DNA of 64,000 bases from Callorhinchus milii (lineage: Eukaryota), in NCBI RefSeq assembly GCF_018977255.1, contig NW_024704742.1, forward strand, positions 122,328,001-122,392,000. The letters run 5' to 3'. Positions 63,151 to 64,000 of the stretch are shown here, one piece after another (the first letter of the stretch is position 1; every line of letters starts with the position of its first letter). Below the pieces are notes generated by a model, which ran no database searches, had not been told where the DNA came from, and saw only the letters and a program-made list of their open reading frames with translations. The position numbers were made by a program, and so were the translations under genes.

Positions 63151-64000
63151 AGTGAAAACAGAATTTTTACCCAAGGGTTTCCAAACATTCAAGTGCTTTA
63201 GGTTTAACTGTAGTGAACTTTATATACTAGCCCATGGTGTAATCTTCAAAGTGTGCCAGGGAACACCATTCGATGGGATTTCTTAATCTCATTATGTGTT
63301 GCCAAAGCAGTAGCAAACATTGGCTTGTATTTCAAATTAGGATTATTCCAAGTATAATCCATTTTGACCTTGGTGCCTGAAAACCAAGAGAAAATAACTA
63401 GGGTTTTATTTTTCTTGCTACTATTCTTAAACTTTAAGATTGCCTTTAAAAGAATCAAACCTTCCACTGGTTAGGCCCGACCAAGTGAGCAGGTCATTGT
63501 AAGCTATTTGGCCAACCCTCATTGACCATGTTCTCCCCCAACCACAAAAATTATATTGAGATATTTATAGTTTGTTTAAAAACAAACAAGAAAATGAAAA
63601 ATCGTTATCAACGTACTTTCTTTTTCAAGAAATAATTTGCCAGTTTTGTGTAGAGAGGGATTAAATGGTATGTTTATAGAAGAAAAACTTTTTTTTAAGA
63701 TAGACAAGATTAGCCAAGTGCTAATGTCAGGAAAAAATACACGCTACTCCGTGCTTAAGGAGGGTTAACTGACAGTTAATAGAAAAGGAGTAAAACAGAT
63801 GGGACCATTTCTAAGCTGCTCCCAAAAGCTATTTACCATGAATAATATAATTCACGAGCTACATCTTTTATTTGAGGATTTGTTCCTGTTACAATTTTAA
63901 AGGGCTCCTAGTACCTTCCAAACAAGAGGCATGCAATTGAGCCACAATAACCTGTGTGCTTATATGATATGGGGATGTAATACATTTCCCTTCAAATACG

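Overview
AT-rich, repeat-dense vertebrate genomic DNA. The repeat landscape (tRNA-Ala SINEs, Deu-domain SINEs, L2 and CR1/HER1-type LINE fragments) suggests a cartilaginous fish, probably a holocephalan; this is an inference. The whole window appears to lie inside a + strand cAMP phosphodiesterase 4 gene, best matching PDE4D. Four coding pieces are visible: a PDE4D1-type short-isoform N-terminus (32128-32260) running directly into the UCR2 exon (32261-32373), a 16-codon PDE4D6-type super-short first exon MPEANYLLSVSWGYIK (55260-55307) that the ORF track misses, and the next common exon (59152-59245). I did not find the UCR1 or catalytic exons, so they are presumably outside the window. The rest is intronic, and almost all other track ORFs are retroelement remnants or chance ORFs. 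The most notable observations are a positionally conserved 86-nt D1/D2 intron, two candidate unannotated first exons, a direct duplication bracketing the D6 promoter and exon, modular SINE evolution with nested insertions, AmnSINE2-like relics and several hairpin/MITE elements. There is no CRISPR array or other prokaryote-type system. Comparisons with mammalian proteins and named repeat families are from memory, not from database searches.
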